The notes under the pieces: generated by a model
Database searches by the model: none
What the model was told of the DNA's origin: nothing
The model's input: only the letters and a program-made list of their open reading frames with translations
Program-made: the position numbers and the translations under genes
Shown here: positions 17,470-24,962 of the stretch, one piece after another
Layout of the letters: each line of letters starts with the position of its first letter
How positions within the stretch are numbered: position 1 is the stretch's first letter
DNA from: an uncultured Holophaga sp.
GTDB lineage: Bacteria > Acidobacteriota > Holophagae > Holophagales > Holophagaceae
Assembly (NCBI GenBank): GCA_963664825.1
Contig: OY761614.1
Coordinates: 1,856,001-1,920,000 of the forward strand
DNA: 64,000 nt
Direction: 5' to 3'

Positions 17470-17620
17470 GTGCTCCCCCGCGCGTGAGGGTGGAAGGGTT
17501 TTCCGGAATATTCCGGGAAACTCCACCGGGGTGCTCCCCCGCGCGTGAGGGTGGAAGGGGGGTTATTCCGATTAACACCCCTGGAGGCTGGGTGCTCCCC
17601 CGCGCGTGAGGGTGGAAGGG
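17470..17620 (+). CRISPR. Orphan CRISPR-like mini-array (3 identical 29-bp repeats, 2 unique 32-bp spacers), no cas genes in window
   Basis: GTGCTCCCCCGCGCGTGAGGGTGGAAGGG at 17470, 17531 and 17592 (61-bp period); resembles type I-E repeats but with a weakened hairpin. Confidence 0.55.
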
Positions 17621-17717
17621 GGTCGCGTTTCAAACGCGACCCTTGGCAATGGAGGGTCGGATTCGAAATCCAACCCCCTCCAGTTCGGACTTCTCGATTC
17701 CAAATCGGAAAGTGCGG

Positions 17718-17804
17718 GCTCTCGGCTACCAATCCTCGAACCGGACTCAGATCATCAGCCACATTCCGGAGGAGTGGAAGGGTAGCATTCGGATTGCCAC
17801 CCTC
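17718..17804 (+). pseudogene. Bro-N antirepressor gene fragment
   Basis: In-frame ALGYQSSNRTQIISHIPEEWKGSIRIATL resembles the Bro-N ALGY...HVPEEWKG..I.T[L/P] segment; no start, stop shortly after. Confidence 0.6.
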
Positions 17805-17959
17805 TGGAAGGGGTGAACATTTTGGACCCCCCTTTGCAGGGAACCTCAGAGATATCTCCGGGATGTGCAACCGTACTCATTTGCTCACCCCCCCCAGCGC
17901 AGGGAGACCAAGCCCGGCGGGGTTCTTTCCAGATTCGGAAAGAACCTCGAGGCCTCCAG

Positions 17960-18065
17960 GAAAGGGACAGTTGGGACATCTCTTCCAGTTCTCAAGAAAA
18001 GACTGTCCCACGGCAAACCCTTGCCACCACTATCTAAGGGACTAAAGGGACTAAAGGGACAAGAA
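17960..18065. repeat. GGGAC iteron-like cluster (second origin-like segment)
   Basis: GGGAC at 17964, 17973, 18038, 18047, 18056; inverted GTCCC at 18005; 9-bp phasing. Confidence 0.6.
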
Positions 18066-18109
18066 AGAGATATACCCCCCCTAAGTTTCCCTTCAACCGG
18101 GGCGAGACT

Positions 18110-19450
18110 TCAGGCCCCGGCCTTCTTTCTGGCCTTAGCCTGGGCCTTCCGGCGGGCCTCCAGTTCCTTCTCTGGATCGATCTTGCCGGTCAGGATGCCT
18201 TCGATCCGGGCCCCGATCTTCTCCGCTGCATCGTGGAGGGGTTCCGCGGCGGTCCTGGTGTAAATGTCAGTCACCGATGCTTCCGCATGGCCTAGCAGCT
18301 CCCCCACGAAGCCCTTGAGGCCCAGGTCAGCTCCCACACTGGCGAAGGTGCGCCGGAGATCATGCCAGCCGGGATCTTCTTCTGTAGGTTCACCCTGGGT
18401 TGCCAGCTTTGCGGCCTCCCGGATGCGCTCCCATGGCCCCTGGAGGCCTATGATTGGCTTCCATCCGATTATCTTTCCCTCCTTCCCCTTCTTGTCTTTG
18501 AGTGGGAGGCCGGGCACCACGTAAGGGCATCCAAGGGTAGGTGTGAGGGCCCGGATGTGAGCCAGGAGGGCATTGCATAGATGCACCACTCGAGTCTTGC
18601 CGGTCTTCTTGCCCGTCTTGTGGAAGGCGGGCGGGATGTGGATTTCCCCGGCGTCCAGGTCGATCCACTCCCAGCGCAGGGCCTGAATTTCACCCTTCCT
18701 CATGCCAGCCAGGAGGGCCAGCCGCACGGCAAGGATGTACTTCGGCGCTTCCTCCGAGGCCTTCAGGGTGAGGCCCAGGGCCTTCAGCTCCATATCTGTG
18801 AGGCGTATGGTTCGCTTCATTTCCGGGGCGCGTTTCTTCACCACGGAAACGGGATTGGAGCCCGTAGGCCTCAGCCCCCATTCTTCAGCCCGGTCCAGCA
18901 TCGTGTGGAATACTGCCCTCACGATGTTGGCAATCCTGGGGGTTTTTCTCAGCTTGAAGAGTAAGGCCGATACCTCAGGCGGTCCCACCAGGGCCAGGGG
19001 CATCTTCCCCAGCGTGGGGAGAAGGTCTTTCTTGATCAGCCGGGTAGACTCCTTCGCCCATTTTGGGGAAAGGGTTGGCGTGTGTTCAATGAAGTAGCGG
19101 TCCGCCAGGTCTGAGACGGTGAACGTGCCCCGCTTGGCCGCAGCAGCCGCGGCGCGGGCGTCTGCCTTGGCTTGGCCTGGATCGGTCCCGGCGTTGATGA
19201 GCGTCCAAATGGGGCTATGGGCTATACCGGCCGCGTCCGGGGTCATGGCGGGGAAGGTCCCCATGGTGTGGATCTTCTGCCTTCCATTGAATCGGTAGCG
19301 CAGCACGAAAGATTTCGCACCGGCCTTGGTCACCTGGAGGCAGAGCCCCTTGTATCCCGTCACTGGATAGAAGCGCGTCCCGGCAGGGTCAGCCACCAGG
19401 GCGTTCACATCCGTCTTGGTCAATCGGATGGCCTTCTCGCTGCTCCTCAT
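18110..19450 (-). CDS. int: P4-like tyrosine integrase with N-terminal arm-binding domain
   Basis: GLCLQVTKAGAKSFVLRYR..MGTFP arm domain; AGMRKGEI, HDLRRT, LLGH, DIY catalytic residues; next to att. Confidence 0.95.
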   Translation of the reverse strand: MRSSEKAIRLTKTDVNALVADPAGTRFYPVTGYKGLCLQVTKAGAKSFVLRYRFNGRQKIHTMGTFPAMTPDAAGIAHSPIWTLINAGTDPGQAKADARAAAAAAKRGTFTVSDLADRYFIEHTPTLSPKWAKESTRLIKKDLLPTLGKMPLALVGPPEVSALLFKLRKTPRIANIVRAVFHTMLDRAEEWGLRPTGSNPVSVVKKRAPEMKRTIRLTDMELKALGLTLKASEEAPKYILAVRLALLAGMRKGEIQALRWEWIDLDAGEIHIPPAFHKTGKKTGKTRVVHLCNALLAHIRALTPTLGCPYVVPGLPLKDKKGKEGKIIGWKPIIGLQGPWERIREAAKLATQGEPTEEDPGWHDLRRTFASVGADLGLKGFVGELLGHAEASVTDIYTRTAAEPLHDAAEKIGARIEGILTGKIDPEKELEARRKAQAKARKKAGA

Positions 19451-19620
19451 GGGCCCCTCGAAAATGTGATGACAGGCGTTCCGTCATCACACCATCATCA
19501 CACTTTCGGCCAATGCGCACCAATTAGTTCATGTATGGATCAACCTCATCCATGGCTAAGTTGCTTTGTTTCCAATACAGCCCAATTTGTGCCCATGCGC
19601 TACAAATGGCCTATACCAGA

Positions 19621-19667
19621 CTTCTAAGCTGGTGGTCGCTGGTTCGAGTCCAGCTGGGCGCACCAAT
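19621..19667 (+). repeat. att core, displaced tRNA-Arg 3' half
   Basis: Identical to 10546-10592; lacks the tRNA 5' half. Confidence 0.95.
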
Positions 19668-20295
19668 ATTTTTGAGGCCTCGGTGCTGGACTCGGACCAG
19701 CGAATGGCAGCCGGCCCGCGAGCGCCCCGTTGTGACAGCCTGGGGGGCTGTCGCAACGGATCAAGGCGCGAGTGGTCGCCGGCAACGTTCGAGTCCAGGG
19801 ACCGGAGTATCCCCAGGTGATTCCCTCCTCGCCGGGCCCCGACTTCGCGGGCTCCAGCGGAGCCCGTTGCGTCACCCGGCGGTCGGGAGGACTCGGACAA
19901 GCGAGAAACATCGGTGGCCGGGCTGATTCGGGTCTTCGGCCCTCACCCCTTTGGGGCCGCATTGGCGGTGGCGATGCGGTCCTATCCGCTTCACGGATGG
20001 TGGCCACAGGTGGAGGCAGCCCGCTTCTACGCCGACGCCATTCTTGACTTCTTCCGGTCAGGGATGGGGATCTTGTGGGTCTTCGCCGTCGTTATGGTCG
20101 GCTGGCCGTACTTCCTTTGGTGGCCACTGTGTGATGAAGCACGTCTGAGACCCGCTGAAAGACACTGGACTGGGCACTCCGGCATAGAAAGTAGCTTGGC
20201 GATGAAAGGGGGTTCTCCAGGACCGACCTGACCACAAAAATATCCTTGCAACTCCGAAAAAACGTGTAAACCTATGGGTTGACAAGGACGCCGGA

Positions 20296-20757
20296 ATGCC
20301 AAGTCACACACTCCCATGGATCACCGGGGGATCCCATTGTGAGATCCACTGGCTCTTTGAGGACAACAAATGGGACCCCAAGCCCTACTTTGACGAACAC
20401 CAGTATCCAGGCGCTCAGGTTCGCCTGGAACGCATCGTCAGGCTTTTTGCAGCTTCCGGTCGTCTTCCACGTGACAAAGGACATTGGCGAACAGGTCCAG
20501 CCCCGCAGAACAAACTCTACGAGTTCAAGGACATCTCCAGTGGTCTTCGGCTTCTGGCTTTTAGCTTCACTCAACTTTCTGGCGTCTGCTGGTTCATCGT
20601 GGCGCTTGGGGCAACAAAAGACAGGGGAGACATCACACCTGAAGCTGCGGATCGGGCGATACAAAGACGTCAACGATTCCTTGATGCCAATCATCCTAAG
20701 GGTTTGCCCGAGTCACGATTGCAACCGACCGGCACACAGCCCAGAAAGAGGCGATGA
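20296..20757 (+). CDS. RelE/HigB (Gp49-like) toxin of a putative TAC system
   Basis: KLYEFK..SGLRLLAF..FIVALGATK..P...DRA pattern; first gene, ahead of the HTH gene. Confidence 0.65.
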   Translation: MPSHTLPWITGGSHCEIHWLFEDNKWDPKPYFDEHQYPGAQVRLERIVRLFAASGRLPRDKGHWRTGPAPQNKLYEFKDISSGLRLLAFSFTQLSGVCWFIVALGATKDRGDITPEAADRAIQRRQRFLDANHPKGLPESRLQPTGTQPRKRR

Positions 20758-20758
20758 G

Positions 20759-21220
20759 ATGACTAAGTCCATGAAAATCCATGACAGTGCCATCGACAGG
20801 TTTGAGCAGGCCATCCACGAAGAACAGGACCGGCTTTCCCAAGATTTCTTCCAATCGCTCCAGACTCGAATGGAAGAGCTGAACATGTCCCAGTCCGACA
20901 TGGCTTTCACCCTTGGCAAGAGCCGAGCCTATGTGTCCAAGCTCTTTTCCAAAGGCCAGAACCTGACCATCAAGACGATGGTTGAACTCGCCCAATCCTT
21001 GGACATGAAGGTGGCGATCTCTACCAGGGCCATTTGGCTCGAAGCTATGTCGGTCGCAAAAACGACGCCCTTGCAGTGCAAGGGCTGGACTCCGAATCGA
21101 ACCCTCTCATTGGCGCCCACCCAAGTCAGAAGAACAGGGGCCAAGGGCGACTCCACAAAAGTGTCTTGGGGCGATCACACACAGCAAGCCAAGTCCCCTC
21201 TGCTTCAACAAACAAGCTAG
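20759..21220 (+). CDS. HigA-like XRE HTH antitoxin with long C-terminal extension
   Basis: MEELNMSQSDMAFTLGKSRAYVSKLFSKGQNLTIKTMVELAQSLD, then a tail of about 60 aa. Confidence 0.8.
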   Translation: MTKSMKIHDSAIDRFEQAIHEEQDRLSQDFFQSLQTRMEELNMSQSDMAFTLGKSRAYVSKLFSKGQNLTIKTMVELAQSLDMKVAISTRAIWLEAMSVAKTTPLQCKGWTPNRTLSLAPTQVRRTGAKGDSTKVSWGDHTQQAKSPLLQQTS

Positions 21221-21229
21221 GTGAGAACC

Positions 21230-21796
21230 ATGTTCAAGCTCAACTTCCCTGATACCTCTGCCAAGGAATTCAATCTCGCTGCTACCGTCGCCAAGGTTGT
21301 GGAGTTGACCGATCTAAAAATGGTCGACGGAGAATTCGGCCCCACCCCTCAGGTAGAGAAGAAGGCGAAATCGAAGTCCAAGGATGTGCCCTATGAATTT
21401 GGTTTCAGGTCTCGATTTGATGAAAAAGAAAACCGCCTTGAGGCAATGATCACCATTGAAGGCAGAGACATCCGCAACGCCACCGGTGAGGGCGCTGGCG
21501 GAACCGGCTTGCGGGTTAAGGCAACGTTCCTGTTGACCTACCAAGTGATGGTCGAGCCTCCACCTAAAGATGTCAGAGAAGCCTTTTTCACAGCCTTTGC
21601 TCAAGTCAATGGCCTCATGAATATTTGGCCTTACTACCGGGAGTTCGCTCACGAAGCGGCACGTCGCTTGGGTGTCCCTAACGTAATCGTTCCCCTCCTC
21701 CGCGTGGAGCCCAAACCTGAGCCTAAGGCTCCCCGTGGCCCTGTGAAAGAGAGGAACCCTAAGGCTCTGAGCACCAAGCGGGTTTCCAAAGGTTAA
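21230..21796 (+). CDS. SecB-like chaperone
   Basis: VKATFLLTY..AFAQVNGLMNIWPYYRE..RLGVPNVIVPLL resembles the SecB C-terminal signature (N...[W/F]PY.RE...R.G.P...P). Confidence 0.75.
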   Translation: MFKLNFPDTSAKEFNLAATVAKVVELTDLKMVDGEFGPTPQVEKKAKSKSKDVPYEFGFRSRFDEKENRLEAMITIEGRDIRNATGEGAGGTGLRVKATFLLTYQVMVEPPPKDVREAFFTAFAQVNGLMNIWPYYREFAHEAARRLGVPNVIVPLLRVEPKPEPKAPRGPVKERNPKALSTKRVSKG

Positions 21797-22032
21797 GGCA
21801 GTATCATCCTGCTTTTCTACGCAGCGATCTAAACCCCAAGAATCATCCTCCACGGCGACCACGCGGCCTTCATGTGCTTCGAACCACGTGTTTCTAACGG
21901 GTGTCCTTAATGGGCGTATGGATGTTCATCCACCCGCCTAATTTAGGCTCACTCGCGGGTGGATAGGCGCTCATCGAAGTGGTCTCCGGACACACGAATA
22001 CGCAGCACTGATGCGGATTTAATTCGTATTAA

Positions 22033-22058
22033 ATTGGTACGCCCAACGGGACTCGAAC
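22033..22058 (-). repeat. Degenerate tRNA 3'-end fragment, inverted relative to att
   Basis: Reverse complement GTTCGAGTCCCGTTGGGCGTACCAAT vs tRNA-Arg GTTCGAGTCCAGCTGGGCGCACCAAT (23/26). Confidence 0.7.
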
Positions 22059-22315
22059 GCCATCGGCATGGCCCCGGCCACGACGCTCCGGCAGCCCACC
22101 GGACCTCCGTGCCACGGACATCTTTGGCGAGCGTCGCTGAATGTCAGGAGTTCAATAGCGTCCAGTCACGCTTCACTTGCCCAGCGGTCGAAAACGAGGC
22201 ATAGACTCGCCGAGCGCTTTCCCGTCCATAGCCCCCTTGTGCTGAAACGAATTCCCGTCACTCTGGAACAAGATTCGCGAGCCTCCCCTTGAACCACCCG
22301 CCTCCTTCAGATGCC

Positions 22316-22714
22316 ATGTCCTCCCTGCGTGCCGCGGGGCTGAGGGTCACGCCCCAGCGCCGGGCCATCCTCCAGGTGCTGGAGGACTCGGACCGGCCGC
22401 TTTCCGTGGAGGATATCCGGCAGCGGCTGGAGCAGCACGGCTCCGGCATCCCCACCATCTATCGCAATCTGCAGTGCTTTGTCGCCATGGGTTGGGCCGA
22501 GTCCATCCTGGGCACGGATCAGACCATGCGCTTCGTGCGCTGCCGCTCCGGGTGCCACCATCACCACCTCCAATGCGAAACCTGCGGCCGCACGGTGGAA
22601 GTGGAGGCCTGCGGCGTGGAGGCCAGTCTCGCCGGCATTCAGGCCCCCTCGGGCTTCAAGGTGACTCGTCACCATCTGCAGCTCTTTGGCCTCTGCCCCG
22701 ACTGCCAGAAATAG
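22316..22714 (+). CDS. Fur-family regulator (Zur-like)
   Basis: GLRVTPQRRAIL, TIYRNL, HHHHLQCETCG, GLCPDC. Confidence 0.9.
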   Translation: MSSLRAAGLRVTPQRRAILQVLEDSDRPLSVEDIRQRLEQHGSGIPTIYRNLQCFVAMGWAESILGTDQTMRFVRCRSGCHHHHLQCETCGRTVEVEACGVEASLAGIQAPSGFKVTRHHLQLFGLCPDCQK

Positions 22715-22765
22715 TCCGGCGTGGCAATTCGCCCTTTTTCCGCCTCTTTGCGTCATGCTGGAGGG

Positions 22766-24916
22766 ATGGTAGAACAACAGATCCATGACTGGCTCCGCGC
22801 CGGGGGTCCCGCACCTGAGGCTCCCTCGGAGCCTCAGGTGCGACCCGGTGGTCGCCACGTCATGGACCGCATCTTCGCGCCCCCCGAGGGCCGGATCTTC
22901 AGTTGCTTCCCGGGAGCGGAGGAGAGGCCTGGGCAGCGGCGCATGGCAGAACTGGTCTTCGACGCGGTGCAGGAGGGCGAAGCCCGCTTCTCGGCCTGGC
23001 GCCAATCCGGAGGGGATGCGGAGAGTCGCCCCGATGGCCTGCTTCAGGCCATCGAGGCGGGCACGGGCACGGGGAAATCCCTGGGCTACCTCATCCCGGC
23101 CCTCCAGGCCAAGCGTCATCCGGTGTTGGTGGCCACCCGCACCAAACAGCTCCAGCGCCAACTGCTGGATGACGATCTGCCCCGGGCCCGGGGCATCCTG
23201 GGCCTGGAGGTCAAGGCCGTGCTGGCCAAGGGGCGCTCCAACTACCTCTGCAGGACGGCCTGGGAGGCCCAGGAGGGCAGCCCGCCCAGCGAGATCGCGC
23301 GCCAGGATTTCGGGCTCTGGCAGGCCCTGCCCCAATGGGCCAAGGAGACTCAGACCGGCGACCGGGAGGAACTGGGCCGCTACGGCGAAGGGGAATCCGA
23401 ACTCTGGGACCGCCTCAATGCCCGGGTGGAGCGCTGTACTGGCAAGCAATGCCCCCGCTACGAGACCTGCTTTCTGACCAAGCTGCGGGTGCAGGTGGCC
23501 GAGGCCGATCTGGTCATCGTGAACCATGCCCTGCTCTTGGCGGACCGGGTGCTCCGGGAAAGCGCCTTCGGACAGGTCCTGCCCGATGCTCCCGTGCTCA
23601 TCCTGGACGAGGCCCACGAGATCGAGGAACAGCTCACGGAGAGTTGCAGCGAGGCCTGGTCCAGCCGGGCCATGACCATGCTCTTCCGGGACCTGGAGGA
23701 GGAATGCGCCAAGGATCCCGAGGGTGCAGCGCTGGAAGTTCTGCTAGGGCCCTGGAAGGAGGCCTGGTCGAACCTGCTGGCCCTGGTGCCCCTGGAGAAC
23801 GGGCTGCTGGGCTTCGAGGACCCGCGCCTGCCCTTGAGGGAACTGGCCGACGCCGTGGGGGTCTGGATCAAGGTCGGTCAGGAGGCCCTCAAGGAGGCCC
23901 GTCGCCTCGCCCTGCGCCAGAAGGGGGACGCTCCCGAGGATATGCAGTGGCGCAAGCTCATGGAGCGCATCACCACGGCATTCTCCCGCATGGAACAGAT
24001 ATTCGCCCAGCCCGAGGGCTGGGTGAGCACCCTCAGCCGGGAGGGGCCTCAGACCGTCCTCTTCAAGGCCAATCCCGTGGACGTGAAGCCCTTCTTCCAT
24101 CAGCATCTGCGCCGGGGCTTCGAGACCGTGATCCTCACCAGCGCGACGCTCCGGGATGGCAAGGGCTTCAATGGCCTCAAACTGAGGCTGGGGCTCTCCC
24201 ACGAGGAGGCCCAGCGGGCCGAGCACGTGGAGAGCCCCTTCGACTTCGGCACCCAGGGCCTGCTCTTCGTGCCTCCGGGCATCCCCCAGCGCCAGGCGGG
24301 GCGGAACGGCGTGGGCGAACCCGCCTGGGTGGAGGCGAGCATGGAGGCCATGGGGCGCCTGCTGCGGGCCAGCCGGGGCCGCGCCCTCCTGCTCTTCACC
24401 AGCCGCAAGATGCTGGCGGCCTTCAGGCCCCGGCTGGAATCGGCGCTGCCGTCCATGACCTTCTTCGTCCAGGGGGAGGGCCTCACGCGCCACGCCATGC
24501 TGGAGCGGTTTCGGACCACGCCCAACGCCGCTCTCCTGGGCCTAGCCAGCTTCTGGCAAGGAGTGGATCTGCCGGGGGAGGCCCTTTCCCTGGTGGTGGT
24601 GACGGCCCTGCCCTTCGCGCCTCCGGACGATCCCGTGCTTCAGGCTCGGGTGCGGGAAGCCGACGCCATTCGCCAGGGCCTGGGCTTCGTGGGCATCCAG
24701 GTGCCCGCCATGACCCTCAAGCTCAAGCAGGGCATCGGCCGCCTCATCCGCACCCGCACCGACAAGGGGGTGGTGTGCATCCTGGATCCGCGCATGATGC
24801 TGCCCACGGAAGATTCCAACGGGAAGCGCTATGCCGCCCAGGTTCGCGCCGCCCTGCCGCCCTTTCCCATCACACGGGACTGGGAGGAAGTGGAGGGATT
24901 CCTGGAGGGGCTTTGA
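22766..24916 (+). CDS. DinG/YoaA-family ATP-dependent DNA helicase
   Basis: ERPGQ, EAGTGTGKSLGYL, KGRSNYLC, DEAH, SATL, FWQGVD, LKQGIGRLIR; start uncertain. Confidence 0.92.
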   Translation: MVEQQIHDWLRAGGPAPEAPSEPQVRPGGRHVMDRIFAPPEGRIFSCFPGAEERPGQRRMAELVFDAVQEGEARFSAWRQSGGDAESRPDGLLQAIEAGTGTGKSLGYLIPALQAKRHPVLVATRTKQLQRQLLDDDLPRARGILGLEVKAVLAKGRSNYLCRTAWEAQEGSPPSEIARQDFGLWQALPQWAKETQTGDREELGRYGEGESELWDRLNARVERCTGKQCPRYETCFLTKLRVQVAEADLVIVNHALLLADRVLRESAFGQVLPDAPVLILDEAHEIEEQLTESCSEAWSSRAMTMLFRDLEEECAKDPEGAALEVLLGPWKEAWSNLLALVPLENGLLGFEDPRLPLRELADAVGVWIKVGQEALKEARRLALRQKGDAPEDMQWRKLMERITTAFSRMEQIFAQPEGWVSTLSREGPQTVLFKANPVDVKPFFHQHLRRGFETVILTSATLRDGKGFNGLKLRLGLSHEEAQRAEHVESPFDFGTQGLLFVPPGIPQRQAGRNGVGEPAWVEASMEAMGRLLRASRGRALLLFTSRKMLAAFRPRLESALPSMTFFVQGEGLTRHAMLERFRTTPNAALLGLASFWQGVDLPGEALSLVVVTALPFAPPDDPVLQARVREADAIRQGLGFVGIQVPAMTLKLKQGIGRLIRTRTDKGVVCILDPRMMLPTEDSNGKRYAAQVRAALPPFPITRDWEEVEGFLEGL

Positions 24917-24962
24917 GCCTCGCCGGGCACGTTCACCCCGGTGGCTGTATCCTGATGGGGTT

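Larger units (their letters stand above)
10546..19667 (-). mobile_element. Integrated phage satellite / PICI-like element (about 9.1 kb) in tRNA-Arg(TCT)
   Basis: 47-bp direct repeats at both ends; tyrosine integrase at one end; co-oriented AlpA-like, primase/DUF3631 and TerS-like genes; no recognisable structural genes. Confidence 0.85.

Noticed and set aside
17319..17895. Diversity-generating retroelement, retron, TIGR-Tas or integron array
   Set aside because: No reverse transcriptase, Nop-domain protein or IntI-type integrase nearby; no TR/VR pair or attC-bounded ORFs
17199..18263. ORF-track ORFs across the palindrome array (e.g. 17199-17870 minus, 17545-18045 plus)
   Set aside because: No RBS or domain coherence; translations reflect the repeats, and motif-like scraps lie in different frames
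10546..19667. Full prophage or conjugative ICE
   Set aside because: Only 9 kb, with no capsid, portal, tail, lysis, relaxase or T4SS genes recognisable
19621..19667. Second tRNA-Arg gene
   Set aside because: Only the 3' half is present (no D-arm or 5' acceptor strand); it is the att duplication
20279..20758. 313-aa version of the antitoxin ORF
   Set aside because: The upstream extension overlaps the toxin gene in another frame; the HTH protein more plausibly starts at ATG 20759 after AGAGG
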